Assembly (NCBI GenBank): GCA_045047305.1
Contig: JASFYO010000003.1
Coordinates: forward strand, 96,073-160,072
Origin: Planctomycetota bacterium
GTDB taxonomy: Bacteria > Planctomycetota > UBA1135
Reading direction: 5' to 3'
Length of the DNA: 64,000 bases
Position numbers and translations under genes: made by a program. Below, one piece after another: positions 1 through 10,449 of the stretch. Within the stretch, counting starts at the first letter, position 1, and each line of letters opens with the position of its first letter. Under the pieces are notes generated by a model that saw only the letters and a program-made list of their open reading frames with translations, was not told where the DNA came from and ran no database searches.

Positions 1-647
1 ACGGCCCGACCCACATGGGGCTCTACGACATGGCCTATCTACGTCCCTTCCCGGGCATGACCTTGGCTTCTCCGCGCGATGCTGTGGACCTGGAAAACAT
101 GCTGGAGGCCGGACTCAAATTCGGTGGTCCATGGGCTTTGCGCTGGCCCCGCGGAGATTCGCCCGCCGAGGTCGGGAGCCCAGCTTCCCTACGCCCAGCG
201 ATGGAACCCGGACGCGCAGAGCGTTTGCGTCAAGGCGAGGCCGGTGTGGTTTTTGCCTTAGGCGCGATGGTCGAACCTGTTTTGGAAGCCGCCGCACGCT
301 TGGAGCGCGAAACTGGATTAAGCCTAGAAGTTTGGGATGCCCGCTTTTGCAAACCACTCGACCGCGAAGCCATCGTCGATGCCGCCAACCGTTTTTCATG
401 GATGGCTGCGGTGGAAGAACACGCGCTCACTGGTGGCTTTACTTCTGCCGTCGCCGAGTTACTGGCCGACGCCGAACTCACCGCTGCACCCTATCTCTCG
501 CGGCATGGCGTGCCCGATCGTTTCATTCCGCACATGACTAGTCGCGATGAACAGATGGTGCTGTGCAAGCTCGATGTCGATTCCTTGGTTGCTTCGTGGA
601 AAGAGTCACTCAACCTTAAACGCGCGAGCTCAGCTGCAAAAGTATGA
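1..647 (+). CDS. dxs: 1-deoxy-D-xylulose-5-phosphate synthase, C-terminal part (5' end outside window)
   Basis: GPTHMGLYDMAYLR, ALRWPRG, DARFCKPLD and VEEH..GGF motifs of the DXS/transketolase C-terminal domains. Confidence 0.93.
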   Translation, partial: GPTHMGLYDMAYLRPFPGMTLASPRDAVDLENMLEAGLKFGGPWALRWPRGDSPAEVGSPASLRPAMEPGRAERLRQGEAGVVFALGAMVEPVLEAAARLERETGLSLEVWDARFCKPLDREAIVDAANRFSWMAAVEEHALTGGFTSAVAELLADAELTAAPYLSRHGVPDRFIPHMTSRDEQMVLCKLDVDSLVASWKESLNLKRASSAAKV

Positions 648-1531
648 CCCCACGCGGCAAGCCGAACGGAAATGCCCTTTGGGGGCCGGAGCTGCCGGCG
701 AGTCGTGCGCCACGCGTTTTGATCCTTGGTGATCCCAGTAAGGAAACTGTGGCCCCCATGGTGGAGCGGATTGAAACCTGGCTAGATGGCAAGGTTTCCG
801 AAGTGGTGGTGGATTTAGGTATGGGTTATGACCCTATCGAATGCAAACCGGACTTAGTCATCTCCCTCGGTGGCGACGGCATGATCCTCGCGGCCTCGCA
901 CCGTATGGGCAAGCGTCGGGTGCCCGTGGTTGGCGTCAACCTGGGTCGTGTGGGCTTCCTGGCCGGAGTGTCAGAGGAACGATTAGAGGACGTTCTCGAG
1001 CTGGTATTTACCGGCAAAGCCCGGATTGAAAATCGTGCGCTGATGACCTTCCAAGTCAAGCGCAATGGCGAGACGGTATTGGATTCGCATGTGTTAAATG
1101 AAATCGTGGTCAGTCGCCGCTCCGACCGCAGCATGATTACGATCGACCTTATTGATGAACGGCGCCCGGTGTGTACCTTTCGCGGCGATGGCGTGATTGT
1201 TTCCACGGCCACGGGGTCCACGGCCTACAACTTGTCGGCTGGCGGCCCGATTTTGGTGCCAAACCTTGAGGCGCTAGTGGTGCAACCTCTTGCTCCGCAT
1301 ACTTTGGCCATGCGCCCTTTGGTGTTGCGCAATGACCGTCACTTTACCTTGCATGTGCAGGACTCCGGACAGTTGACCTCCGACGGATATTTGGAAGGCA
1401 AGTTGGAGGCGGGGGACCGCATTAAGATTGGCCCGAGCCGTCGTCGTTTGATTCTTGCGGTTGACCCGCAAACGCGTTTTTACGATCGCTTGCGCTCTAA
1501 GTTACATTGGGGTGAAACCCCCAGGGCTTAG
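644..1531 (+). CDS. nadK: NAD(+) kinase
   Basis: SLGGDG, GVNLGRVGFL, LNE and DGVIVSTATGSTAYNLSAGGP motifs; ATGA overlap with dxs. Confidence 0.95.
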   Translation: MTPRGKPNGNALWGPELPASRAPRVLILGDPSKETVAPMVERIETWLDGKVSEVVVDLGMGYDPIECKPDLVISLGGDGMILAASHRMGKRRVPVVGVNLGRVGFLAGVSEERLEDVLELVFTGKARIENRALMTFQVKRNGETVLDSHVLNEIVVSRRSDRSMITIDLIDERRPVCTFRGDGVIVSTATGSTAYNLSAGGPILVPNLEALVVQPLAPHTLAMRPLVLRNDRHFTLHVQDSGQLTSDGYLEGKLEAGDRIKIGPSRRRLILAVDPQTRFYDRLRSKLHWGETPRA

Positions 1532-1547
1532 GCCTTTTTCAGAAAAG

Positions 1548-1582
1548 AAAACCCGCGCAGCTCCAAGAGCCACGCGGGTTTT
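1548..1582. terminator. Bidirectional intrinsic terminator between convergent nadK and gdh genes
   Basis: AAAACCCGCG (1548-1557) and CGCGGGTTTT (1573-1582) form a perfect inverted repeat with an inner GCTC/GAGC stem. Confidence 0.8.
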
Positions 1583-1599
1583 GCGCTGGGGTAGAAAGT

Positions 1600-2901
1600 C
1601 TATCCGTAAATTCCGCGAATGGAATCAAAGTAGGACACGCGGTCGACACCTAGCATGCAGGTGGCAAGACGTAGTCCCACCTTATGCTTGCCAGCCGATT
1701 TGCGCGCGCGTTCGTAAGCCTCAAGCACCATGCGATCCAAGCGTTCTTCTACATCGACCAAGGGCCATTTATAGCCCATGCGGTTTTGCACCCACTCAAA
1801 GTAAGCAATGATGACACCACCTGCATTACCGAGCAGGTCTGGCACCACAGGAATGCCGCGTTCTTGCAAGATTTTATCACCACGGCCCGAAGTCGGGCCA
1901 TTTGCTGCTTCGACCATCAACTTGGCACGCACCTTGCCAGCGTTGCGGCTGTGGATCTGGTTGGCAGCAGCGGCAGGGATGAGGACATCGCATTGCAGGG
2001 CGAGCAACTGTTCATCGTTGATGGCGTCGCCACCGTGAAAACCTTTGACGCAACCTGTGGCTTTGCGATGTGCGAGCAGTGCTTCGACATCGAGTCCATT
2101 GGCGTTGTAGACACCACCACTGATGTCGCCCATGGCAATGACTTTGTGCCCATACTCCACTACCTGACGCGCAACCTGGCCAGCCACAATGCCGGCTCCT
2201 TGAATGACGACCTCGGCCTTCGAGGTGAAGCCCATGTCAGCTAAGCGCTTCTCCATGAGCACGCGGACACCACGGCCAATCGCGGAGTCGCGACCAAGTG
2301 TGCCGCCCAGTCCTTCGGGCTTGCCTACGACCACGGCATTTTCGGTGTGGCGGGTGTGCATGGAATAGGTATCCAAACACCAAGCCATTACTTGCTCGTT
2401 GCTATGCAAATCAGGAGCGAGGATGTCTCGCTCAGGCCCGAGGAAGTCCATCAAGCCAGCGGTGTAACGACGCACCACTTTTTCTACCACCATGGGGGAG
2501 TGATCGCGTGGGTCGAAGTCGATACCGCCCATGGAACCGCCAAAAGGAACGCCCAACGCGGCGCACTTCCAGGTGGTCCAGGCAGCGAGCGCACGGAGTT
2601 CGTCGCGTTTGACGTTTGCATCTAAACGCAAGCCGCCGATGCAAGGTCCCATCGACAAGTTGTGGCGAATGCGGAAACCGTTGTAGACCGAGATCTCACC
2701 GTTTTCATCTGCCACCGGAATCGCAAACTTGAATTCGCGGTCTGGACGACGAAGTAAAACGTACAGGTCAGGGTCCAATCCCAAAATCTGTGCGGCTTCA
2801 TCGAAGCGCTCCATCATGGAACTAAACGGATTGTCGTCGGAGAGCTCAGGCGATGGCGCTTGTGGTTCGGCGGAATCCGAAATGGTGTTGGAATCAGGCA
2901 T
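1600..2901 (-). CDS. Glu/Leu/Phe/Val dehydrogenase paralog, probably a non-catalytic regulatory subunit
   Basis: Full-length GDH fold ([24 protein letters not shown]), but GPCIGG replaces GPAKGG and GGSMGG replaces GGAKGG. Confidence 0.85.
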   Translation of the reverse strand: MPDSNTISDSAEPQAPSPELSDDNPFSSMMERFDEAAQILGLDPDLYVLLRRPDREFKFAIPVADENGEISVYNGFRIRHNLSMGPCIGGLRLDANVKRDELRALAAWTTWKCAALGVPFGGSMGGIDFDPRDHSPMVVEKVVRRYTAGLMDFLGPERDILAPDLHSNEQVMAWCLDTYSMHTRHTENAVVVGKPEGLGGTLGRDSAIGRGVRVLMEKRLADMGFTSKAEVVIQGAGIVAGQVARQVVEYGHKVIAMGDISGGVYNANGLDVEALLAHRKATGCVKGFHGGDAINDEQLLALQCDVLIPAAAANQIHSRNAGKVRAKLMVEAANGPTSGRGDKILQERGIPVVPDLLGNAGGVIIAYFEWVQNRMGYKWPLVDVEERLDRMVLEAYERARKSAGKHKVGLRLATCMLGVDRVSYFDSIRGIYG

Positions 2902-4171
2902 AGATACCCCTCAGGTCTAAGCAGTAAGCCACGCGTTCAATCGCAACACAGTAAGCGCCAATGCGGGCGCTGGTTTTGTACTTCTCGGCGGCATCGACCA
3001 CCGATTTAAAGCTGTCGACCATGATGCGCTCCATGCGATCAAACACCAACTGCTCCTCCCAGAAGTAACCCATGCGGTTTTGCACCCATTCGAAGTAGGA
3101 GACGGTCACGCCGCCTGCATTCGCGAGGATGTCTGGTGCAACAAAGACACCACGTTCTTCGAGGATGACGTCGGCGGCCGCGGAGGTTGGTCCGTTGGCA
3201 CCTTCGACAATCACTTTTGCTTTGATGTCGGCCGCGTTACGCGAAGTAATTTGATCTTCGGTGGCAGCTGGAATGAGGACATCGCAATCCAAGGTGAGAA
3301 GTTGCGCATTGTCCAGGCGCTCGGCACCTGGGAAGCCTTCAAGTGTGCGTTTTTCCTCAATCCACTTCAGGACTTCTGGCATGTCGAGGCCGTCTTCATT
3401 ATGAATGGCGCCGTACATATCCGAAATCGCAATCACTTTGTGTCCCATTTCATGCAGGAACAAAGCGCCAAGACCACCCACGTTGCCGGATCCTTGAACC
3501 ACCACGCGACAGCCGGTTGCCGGCATGCCCAAGTGTTTCAGCGATTCGCGCACGGTAAAGGCAACGCCAAGACCAGTCGCTTCACGACGTCCTTTGGAAC
3601 CACCCATGCCAACCGGTTTGCCGGTCACGATGGAAGTGGTGGTCGCCCGCGTGTGCATGGAGTAGGTATCCATCAGCCATGCCATGGTTTGCTCGCCGGT
3701 GTTCATATCCGGAGCGGGCACATCGCGTTCTGGACCGATGATGTCAATCAGGTTTGCGGTGTAACGACGAGTAAGTCGTTCCAGCTCACCTTGCGACATA
3801 CGCCGTGGGTCGCAAATGATGCCGCCTTTAGCGCCACCAAAAGGAACATCAACAACAGCGCATTTCCAAGTCATCCACGCGGAGAGCGCGCGCACCTCAT
3901 CAAGGTGCACTTCCGGCGAATAACGGATGCCGCCTTTGGCGGGGCCACGAGCCACGGAGTGCTGCACACGGTAACCGGTGAACACCCGAGTCGAGCCATT
4001 ATCCATTTTCACGGGGATAGCGACGGTCAACTCCTGATAAGGAGTCGAAAGGATGCGTTTGATGCCGGGGTCTAAGCGAATGAGTTCAGCCGCTTTGTCC
4101 AGGCGCATTTGCGCTTGCACAAAAGGGTTAGACTCAGAGTCGGCGGGTTCGACGGTCGCGGAATCGGCCAT
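2894..4171 (-). CDS. gdhA: Glutamate dehydrogenase, catalytic subunit
   Basis: [40 protein letters not shown] and [15 protein letters not shown] all intact. Confidence 0.93.
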   Translation of the reverse strand: MADSATVEPADSESNPFVQAQMRLDKAAELIRLDPGIKRILSTPYQELTVAIPVKMDNGSTRVFTGYRVQHSVARGPAKGGIRYSPEVHLDEVRALSAWMTWKCAVVDVPFGGAKGGIICDPRRMSQGELERLTRRYTANLIDIIGPERDVPAPDMNTGEQTMAWLMDTYSMHTRATTTSIVTGKPVGMGGSKGRREATGLGVAFTVRESLKHLGMPATGCRVVVQGSGNVGGLGALFLHEMGHKVIAISDMYGAIHNEDGLDMPEVLKWIEEKRTLEGFPGAERLDNAQLLTLDCDVLIPAATEDQITSRNAADIKAKVIVEGANGPTSAAADVILEERGVFVAPDILANAGGVTVSYFEWVQNRMGYFWEEQLVFDRMERIMVDSFKSVVDAAEKYKTSARIGAYCVAIERVAYCLDLRGIYA

Positions 4172-4414
4172 GTTTGGGGCCCAGGGAGATTGAGGGGGAG
4201 CAGTGCTCCGTGGAGGGCAAAGAATATCCCAACTATCGGCAAAACGGGAGCATGATTTTGAATCTCTGTAGGAAATTCAAGACTTGTGGAATTCCTTGCG
4301 ATTGTGCCTTCGCTGGTCGATGATAAGGGCATGACAGAATTGCGGGATGTCCGCATGTACCAAGCGAAAGGTCGGCCGACGACCACTCTGGACGAGGGGC
4401 GCATCCTCGCGGCC

Positions 4415-5185
4415 ATGGAGGATGTACACCTGCTCGCTCCGCTAGGCCTAGACACCCTCCAGGGCGCTATGGACTTCGATCAGGGTGTCATCGTGCGTGA
4501 TGCAGGCCCTCGTAAGACTTATCGCGTGGAAACCGATGAGGGCGTGCTGTTTGTCAAAATTCACCGCGATGTGCCGCTTAAACGTCGCCTCAGCGTGACT
4601 AGCCGCGGTTCTTCGAGCCCAGCGCATATCGAGTGGGATGCCATCAGCATGATGCGCAAAACAGGCTTTGATGTGCCTGACCCGGTGGCTTTCGGCGAAG
4701 AAATCAACCTTCTCAGCTGTCCTCGCCGTTCTTTCATCATCACCCGTGAGGTCATCGGGCCGCAGTTGGATGAACTGTTGGAGCCTGGATTCCCCAATCC
4801 TCGCAGGTTGTCGCAACGAGAGGCTCGCAACCAAGTCCTGCGCGATGTTGCCGGCATGATTCGGCGTTTCCACTCCACTGGTTTCTACCACAAGGATTTG
4901 TACCTTTGCCACCTCATCGTGACCGAGGATGAGCGTTGGGGACGTCCGTTTTTTATTGATCTAGAACGTGTCGACCGCGATTTTCCACCCCGCCGACGCT
5001 GGTTGGTCAAGGATTTGGCGGCGCTGCAGTTTTCTGCACCGCCAACCGTGACTCGCGCGGATCGCCTACGGTTTCTGCTGATGTACATGTCGAAAACGCG
5101 CGTCGATGCTCACACCAAACGGTGCGTGCGCGACATCCTGCACAAGGCGCATAAGATTGCGGCGCATGTTCCCAAGTTTGGCTAA
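4415..5185 (+). CDS. Lipopolysaccharide kinase (WaaP/Kdo/InaA family); start uncertain, ORF open from 4286
   Basis: FVKIH, YHKDLYLCH, IDLER, RRWLVKDLAAL and RADRLRFL motifs typical of WaaP-like kinases. Confidence 0.85.
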   Translation: MEDVHLLAPLGLDTLQGAMDFDQGVIVRDAGPRKTYRVETDEGVLFVKIHRDVPLKRRLSVTSRGSSSPAHIEWDAISMMRKTGFDVPDPVAFGEEINLLSCPRRSFIITREVIGPQLDELLEPGFPNPRRLSQREARNQVLRDVAGMIRRFHSTGFYHKDLYLCHLIVTEDERWGRPFFIDLERVDRDFPPRRRWLVKDLAALQFSAPPTVTRADRLRFLLMYMSKTRVDAHTKRCVRDILHKAHKIAAHVPKFG

Positions 5186-5200
5186 GTCGAGCGTTTGAGC

Positions 5201-6295
5201 ATGCGCATCGCGGTGCTTTTAGATCAGTGGCATGCCGACGGCGGCGGCTTGGAGCAGTACCTGCATTTTGTTCTTCCGCAATTGGTCATGCGTGGACACG
5301 GGGTGCTGTTGGCTGCACGCGACGCCTCTCGCGGAACACCACAAGGGGTTACCGCAATCGATTTACGCCGCGGGAGATTACTGCCTCGTCCATGGTCGGA
5401 TTGGCAAGAAGCTCGTGAAGCGGTAAAAGTCGCAGAGCAATGGAATGCCGACCGTATTTGGGGCTTGCGCGCAGTTCCGTGCAAAGGCTCCATTTGGCAA
5501 CCGATGGGAGGGAGTAGTCCGGATGTGCAACGTGCTCGTGGCCAAGTGCCAAGCCGACGCACACGCGCGTTGATGCGCCTGGAGGAGGAAGCCTTGGCAA
5601 GCGCTGCCTGTGTTTTGCCAATGTCGCCCATGGTGCAACTTGAAGTCGAAAAGCGCGCACCAGGCAAAGCGCAAGTGATGTTGCCGCTGCCGCTGTTGCA
5701 AGTCCCTTTGGGCATCCAAGTTCCCGCACAGCGAGAAGCCATTTGTGCAGAAGCTCCCTTGCGTATTGTGCATTGTGGTCGCGACCCATTGCGGCACGGG
5801 GCAAAGCAAGCGGTGGCTTGGTTTCGTTGTTTGGCGCCACGTGGGATTGCAGCACGTTTGGACTTATGGGCGAAAACCGTAACTCATGCGGAACGGGCGA
5901 TTGGGGCTTCGCATGAGGCACTATTGGCGGAAGGCATTCAGCTTCACCCGTGGGATGGTGGTTTTCGCGAGGCCTTGCAGCACGCCGACATCATGTTTCA
6001 CCCCACGCTGTACGATTCCTTTAGTTTGGTCTGTTTGGAAGCTGCTGCGGCAGGCGTTCCTGTGGTGACCACCAAAGCTGCAGGTGTGGCGGAATTGTTG
6101 CCATCGGCCTTGTGTGCAACGGAGCCTCGATCCATGCCGGAAGTGGCCGCAGCCCGAGCGATGGAGCTGTTTTTTGGTGCCTGCGCGTTGCGGGCTGAGA
6201 CGTGGCAAGCCATGTGTGTTGAAGTGCGCGCAGGATTCGACTTAGAGCAGCATGTGGCACAGATAGAATCCGTTTTGGAGAAATACCCCCGATGA
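5201..6295 (+). CDS. Glycosyltransferase family 4 (WaaG-like)
   Basis: N-terminal GGLEQY and C-terminal PTLYDSFSLVCLEAAAAGVPVV GT-B signature; follows the LPS kinase. Confidence 0.8.
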   Translation: MRIAVLLDQWHADGGGLEQYLHFVLPQLVMRGHGVLLAARDASRGTPQGVTAIDLRRGRLLPRPWSDWQEAREAVKVAEQWNADRIWGLRAVPCKGSIWQPMGGSSPDVQRARGQVPSRRTRALMRLEEEALASAACVLPMSPMVQLEVEKRAPGKAQVMLPLPLLQVPLGIQVPAQREAICAEAPLRIVHCGRDPLRHGAKQAVAWFRCLAPRGIAARLDLWAKTVTHAERAIGASHEALLAEGIQLHPWDGGFREALQHADIMFHPTLYDSFSLVCLEAAAAGVPVVTTKAAGVAELLPSALCATEPRSMPEVAAARAMELFFGACALRAETWQAMCVEVRAGFDLEQHVAQIESVLEKYPR

Positions 6296-6807
6296 TTAAG
6301 AAAATCCTCATTTCCTTTCTGATTCTAATTTTGGTTCTCACCGTGATTGGTTTCTTTCTGCCGAAGAGCTACACCGTGGAACGTAGTCAGACCATCTCGG
6401 CGGATGCAGCGTCCATTCTTGCTTTGGCTTCCGATTTACCCACATGGGAATCATGGTCCGCGTGGAATCTTGCTGCCGACCCTGATTGCAAATGGGAGTT
6501 TCCCGATGCTACCACGATGTTCTGGGATGGCCCGGTGAATAAGGAAGGGAAAATGTGGGTGACCGCAGCTACCCTTAATGGCATGACTTGGGATTTAGCC
6601 TTCGAAGATGGCGCCTATTTAGCCAAAGGCGGTCTGCGTTTGGCGCCTGCCACGGAGGGCACTCTGGTGACTTGGTACACCACAGGAGAGATCGATGCTT
6701 TCGCTCCCTTAGCCGGTTGGTTTGGGGTGATGATGGATTCCATGATTGGTCCTTTTTTCGAGACCAACCTGATTGGCTTAGAAGCGGAGTTAGCCAAGCA
6801 AAAGTGA
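6292..6807 (+). CDS. SRPBCC/polyketide-cyclase family protein with N-terminal membrane anchor
   Basis: Hydrophobic N-terminus, LPKSYTVERS, WESWSAW and GTLVTW motifs. Confidence 0.75.
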   Translation: MIKKILISFLILILVLTVIGFFLPKSYTVERSQTISADAASILALASDLPTWESWSAWNLAADPDCKWEFPDATTMFWDGPVNKEGKMWVTAATLNGMTWDLAFEDGAYLAKGGLRLAPATEGTLVTWYTTGEIDAFAPLAGWFGVMMDSMIGPFFETNLIGLEAELAKQK

Positions 6808-7694
6808 TTAGGATTCATGAAGTTGCTGCACGGGATGGACTGCAGAATGAGAAGACGATCCTGTCCACGGACACCAAGTTGCAATTGTTGGAATTGCTTG
6901 CAGCGTCGCGCCCCGATTCCTTAGAAGTCACTAGCTTTGTGCGTCCTGATTTGGTGCCGCAGTTAGCAGACGCAAAGGAATTGTGTTCTCGCTTACGTGC
7001 CGTCCCGTGGCGCAAGGGGTTGCCGTTAGTCGGCTTGGTCATGAACATGCGTGGCTATGAAAGTTTTCGTGAAAGTGGTTTAGATGCCATCACTGCGGTG
7101 ATTGGAGCGCATGAGGGATTCTCGAAATCGAATTCAGGCATGTCGATTGAAAAAGCGGTTGCGGTGAATCAGGAAATCGCAGCTGCCGCGAAGGCCGACG
7201 GCTTCCCTGTCCGCATGTACTTGTCGATGGCGTTTGGTTCGCCCAAAGATGGAGACACCGATTTGCTGTGTGTGCTCGATTTGATCGCTGCATCGATGGA
7301 TATGGGAGTGGAGCGCGTCTTACTTTCGGATACGGTGGGGGTGGCACGGAAAGACCAAGTGGAATGCCTGGCGCATGCGGCGCTCGACATGATGTCGCCG
7401 CAAAAGGTTGGATTACACATGCACGATACGTATGGTCGTGCTTTGGAGAATTGCGCGGTTGGCATGGACTTGGGGATGCGCATATTTGATGCTTCCGCAG
7501 GTGGAACAGGTGGATGCCCTTTTGCGCCAGGAGCTGCGGGCAATCTCGCTACTGGAGCTCTTTGGGATTTAGCTGAACACCATGGGCTTGCACCGGCCAT
7601 GAATGTGCAGGCTTTGGATGAAGCCACGAAACTGCTTTCGGTACAGCTTGGCCGTCCACTGGCTTTAGGCGCAGCCACCCGCCCAGCCTCCTAG
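6804..7694 (+). CDS. Hydroxymethylglutaryl-CoA lyase
   Basis: EVAARDGLQNE, HMHDTYG and GGCPFAPGAAGNLAT; GTG start overlaps upstream stop (GTGA). Confidence 0.92.
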   Translation: MIRIHEVAARDGLQNEKTILSTDTKLQLLELLAASRPDSLEVTSFVRPDLVPQLADAKELCSRLRAVPWRKGLPLVGLVMNMRGYESFRESGLDAITAVIGAHEGFSKSNSGMSIEKAVAVNQEIAAAAKADGFPVRMYLSMAFGSPKDGDTDLLCVLDLIAASMDMGVERVLLSDTVGVARKDQVECLAHAALDMMSPQKVGLHMHDTYGRALENCAVGMDLGMRIFDASAGGTGGCPFAPGAAGNLATGALWDLAEHHGLAPAMNVQALDEATKLLSVQLGRPLALGAATRPAS

Positions 7695-7757
7695 AAGTTA
7701 AGTTCATGCGCATGGATCGGCCGCGCCTCCACGGAAGCGTGCAATCGCAGAAATGAA

Positions 7758-8121
7758 GGATGCCATTTGATCCCGCTGTTTCATTCGGGTTGTAAGTGAG
7801 CGGTCGCTTTTCGAAGTAAGAATTACTTGCATACCATTGCGCACAATTTCTCGGCGGTGTGGTTGGTGCCGGAGTTCTTTACCTCATCGCTAGCGGCCAA
7901 GTTGCATTCGATGCTTCCGCGGGATTGGCTTCCAATGGATTTGGAGAATGCTCTCCCGGCGGCTACAGCATGACGGCTGCTGTCGTGTGCGAAGTCGTGA
8001 TGATCTTCATGCTCCTGTGCATCATTCTGCAGCCACTGATAAACGAGCACCAGACGGTTTTGCGCTGATTGTGGGTGCTGTATTGGCTGCTGTGGTTTAT
8101 TGTTGGTTGGAGAAAGAGTAG
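7758..8121 (+). pseudogene. aqpZ: Aquaporin Z relic
   Basis: Reads GCHL(frameshift)PAVSFGL*VSGRFSK*...[30 protein letters not shown]..(frameshift)[26 protein letters not shown]; stops at 7793 and 7817; N-terminus and second NPA region missing. Confidence 0.85.
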
Positions 8122-8147
8122 GTCAGCCGCAGCGTTATCCTGAGCCC

Positions 8148-8939
8148 ATGACGGCATCGGAAACGCCACTCGTTTTGCTCCACAGGGATGGGCATGTAGC
8201 CACCTTGGAAATCAATCGGCCAGAAGCTCGAAACGCTCTGAGCTTTCCTGCTTTAATGCAGTTGCGCGCACATCTTGCTGATTTGCGCGCTGACGACTCC
8301 ATTTGGGTCGTGATTCTTACTGGTGCTGGAGATAAGGCATTTTGTGCTGGGGCAGACTTAAAGGAACGTCGGTCCATGTCTGAGGACCAGGTGAAGGAGT
8401 TTGTGCGCAACATACGTGGCACCATGGATGATATTGCAGCCTTGCCACAACCGACCATTGCAGCCATGCAAGGACACGCCTTTGGTGGTGGGTGTGAAAT
8501 GGCCTTGTCCTGCGATCTCCGCCTTATAGCTTCCGAAGCTCTTATGGGACTGACCGAAACCAGTTTAGGCATTATTCCAGGAGCGGGCGGCTGCGTACGC
8601 CTTCCACGTTTAGTGGGTGCTGCGACCGCGAAGCAATTGATTTTGACTGCGAAACGTTGTTCCGCAGCGGAAGCGAAACAAATGGGGCTAGTACATCAAG
8701 TTGCGGATAGCGTAGATTTCAAAGCCGCAATCGCAACGATGGTGAACTCTTTGTTGGCGAATGGGCCATTGGCTTTGCGCGCTGCGAAAGACGCCATCGA
8801 TGGCAGCCTAGATATGCCCTTGGAGCAAGCTTTAGAACATGAGGCTGCTTGTTATGCGCGTATCATACCGACCGAAGATCGTCTGGAAGCACTTGTCGCT
8901 TTCGGCGAAAAACGGAAACCAAACTTCCTGGGGCGTTAA
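8148..8939 (+). CDS. Enoyl-CoA hydratase/isomerase (methylglutaconyl-CoA hydratase-like)
   Basis: NRPEARNAL, FCAGADLKER, GGGCEMALSCD, ETSLGIIPGAGG and EKRKPNF. Confidence 0.9.
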   Translation: MTASETPLVLLHRDGHVATLEINRPEARNALSFPALMQLRAHLADLRADDSIWVVILTGAGDKAFCAGADLKERRSMSEDQVKEFVRNIRGTMDDIAALPQPTIAAMQGHAFGGGCEMALSCDLRLIASEALMGLTETSLGIIPGAGGCVRLPRLVGAATAKQLILTAKRCSAAEAKQMGLVHQVADSVDFKAAIATMVNSLLANGPLALRAAKDAIDGSLDMPLEQALEHEAACYARIIPTEDRLEALVAFGEKRKPNFLGR

Positions 8940-8948
8940 CGGAGCGGC

Positions 8949-10445
8949 ATGATGATTGTTCTCGGCATTGCATTGATTTTGCTTGGCATCGTGGTGTATG
9001 ACCTCACCCAAACCAAGCATGCCATTCTGCGTAACTTCCCCTTAATCGGGCATTTGCGTTATCTCCTGGAGAGGATCGGTCCTGAGTTGCGGCAGTACAT
9101 CGTGACCAGTAACGATGAAGAGCGTCCGTTTAGTCGTGACCAGCGTCGTTGGATTTACTCATCTTCTAAGAAGGAGAATAACTATTTTGGTTTTGGTACT
9201 GACAATGATCTTGATGCAGCACAGAACTATGTGATTTTTCATCAAGCTGCTTTTCCCTTGCTTGAGTTGCACCAAGGAGATGAAGGCTTTGACTCCAAGT
9301 ATGGCTTGGCTTGTCGCAAGGTCATGGGAGCTGCGCACCATCGCGAAAAATCATTCCGCCCGAGATCGGTGGTGAACGTTTCCGCGATGAGTTTTGGTTC
9401 CTTGAGTGCATCTGCGATTTCGGCCTTGAATCAAGGTGTGGCTTTAGCTGGCGCTATGCACAATACTGGGGAGGGTGGCGTTTCCTCTTATCATCTTCAT
9501 GGTGGAGATTTAACCTGGCAAATTGGAACTGGTTATTTCGGCGCTCGAGGTGCCGATGGCAACTTCTCCCTTCAGGAGTTGAAGCGTACTTGTGCACGCA
9601 ACCCATCGATTCGGGCGTTGGAGGTGAAGTTGAGTCAAGGTGCAAAACCAGGAGTCGGCGGCATCTTGCCCGGTGCAAAGGTCACCGCCGAAATCGCAGG
9701 CATCCGTGGTATCGTGAAAGGGCAAGATTGTCTGAGTCCGAGTCGCCACACGGCCTTTTATGGCACTGATGGTCTCATTGACTTTGTAGAACAGTTGGCC
9801 GACGCCACGGGCTTGCCAGTTGGGATTAAATCTGCAGTGGGAGGCCCTGAATTCTGGGTGGAGTTAGCGCAGCAGATGAAAGCTACTGGCAAAGGGCCTG
9901 ACTTCATCACCATTGACGGTGGGGAAGGTGGAACTGGTGCCGGACCTTTGGTCTTTACCGATCATGTTGCATTACCATTTCGTTTCGCTTTCAGTAGGGT
10001 GTTTCGTATTTTTGTCGAAGCCGGCATTGCCGAAGATGTGGTGTTCATCGGATCCGGGCGCATTGGATTGCCCGATTCCGCTTTCCTTGCCTTCGGGCTT
10101 GGCTGCGACATGATCAATGTGGCACGCGAGGCCATGTTGGCGATTGGCTGCATTCAAGCGCAACGTTGTGAAACTGGGCATTGCCCAACCGGTGTCGCAA
10201 CCCAAAATGCATGGCTGCAAAAGGGATTGGACCCGACAAATAAGGCTGCTCGCCTTTCTAACTACCTCATAACTTTACGTAAAGAGTTGATTCGTTTGTC
10301 GCGAGCCTGTGGTTATGCGCATCCGTCTCAGGTTCCGCTCTCGCAGATGGAAATCCTCAATGGACCAGCCGGTCCTGAAGCTGCTGCCGACGTTTTCGGC
10401 TATGCCGAGCATCATCAGGCGAAAGCCCAAGGCCTCGAGGTTTAA
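8949..10445 (+). CDS. FMN-binding glutamate synthase family protein
   Basis: SAMSFGSLS, NTGEGG, QIGTGYFG, EVKLSQGAKPG, IDGGEGGTGA and CIQAQRCETGHCPTGVATQ. Confidence 0.92.
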   Translation: MMIVLGIALILLGIVVYDLTQTKHAILRNFPLIGHLRYLLERIGPELRQYIVTSNDEERPFSRDQRRWIYSSSKKENNYFGFGTDNDLDAAQNYVIFHQAAFPLLELHQGDEGFDSKYGLACRKVMGAAHHREKSFRPRSVVNVSAMSFGSLSASAISALNQGVALAGAMHNTGEGGVSSYHLHGGDLTWQIGTGYFGARGADGNFSLQELKRTCARNPSIRALEVKLSQGAKPGVGGILPGAKVTAEIAGIRGIVKGQDCLSPSRHTAFYGTDGLIDFVEQLADATGLPVGIKSAVGGPEFWVELAQQMKATGKGPDFITIDGGEGGTGAGPLVFTDHVALPFRFAFSRVFRIFVEAGIAEDVVFIGSGRIGLPDSAFLAFGLGCDMINVAREAMLAIGCIQAQRCETGHCPTGVATQNAWLQKGLDPTNKAARLSNYLITLRKELIRLSRACGYAHPSQVPLSQMEILNGPAGPEAAADVFGYAEHHQAKAQGLEV

Positions 10446-10449
10446 CCCC

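Noticed and set aside
3080..4075. 331-aa ORF antisense to gdh (also 1684-2244)
   Set aside because: Shadow ORF fully overlapping a well-supported gene; no recognisable motifs
4172..4414. Sigma54 promoter or ncRNA in the gdh/LPS-kinase spacer
   Set aside because: Only a bare GG-N10-GC without TGGCAC/TTGC context; no convincing RNA structure
7859..8068. 69-aa ORF as a real small membrane protein
   Set aside because: It is the internal fragment of the decayed aqpZ
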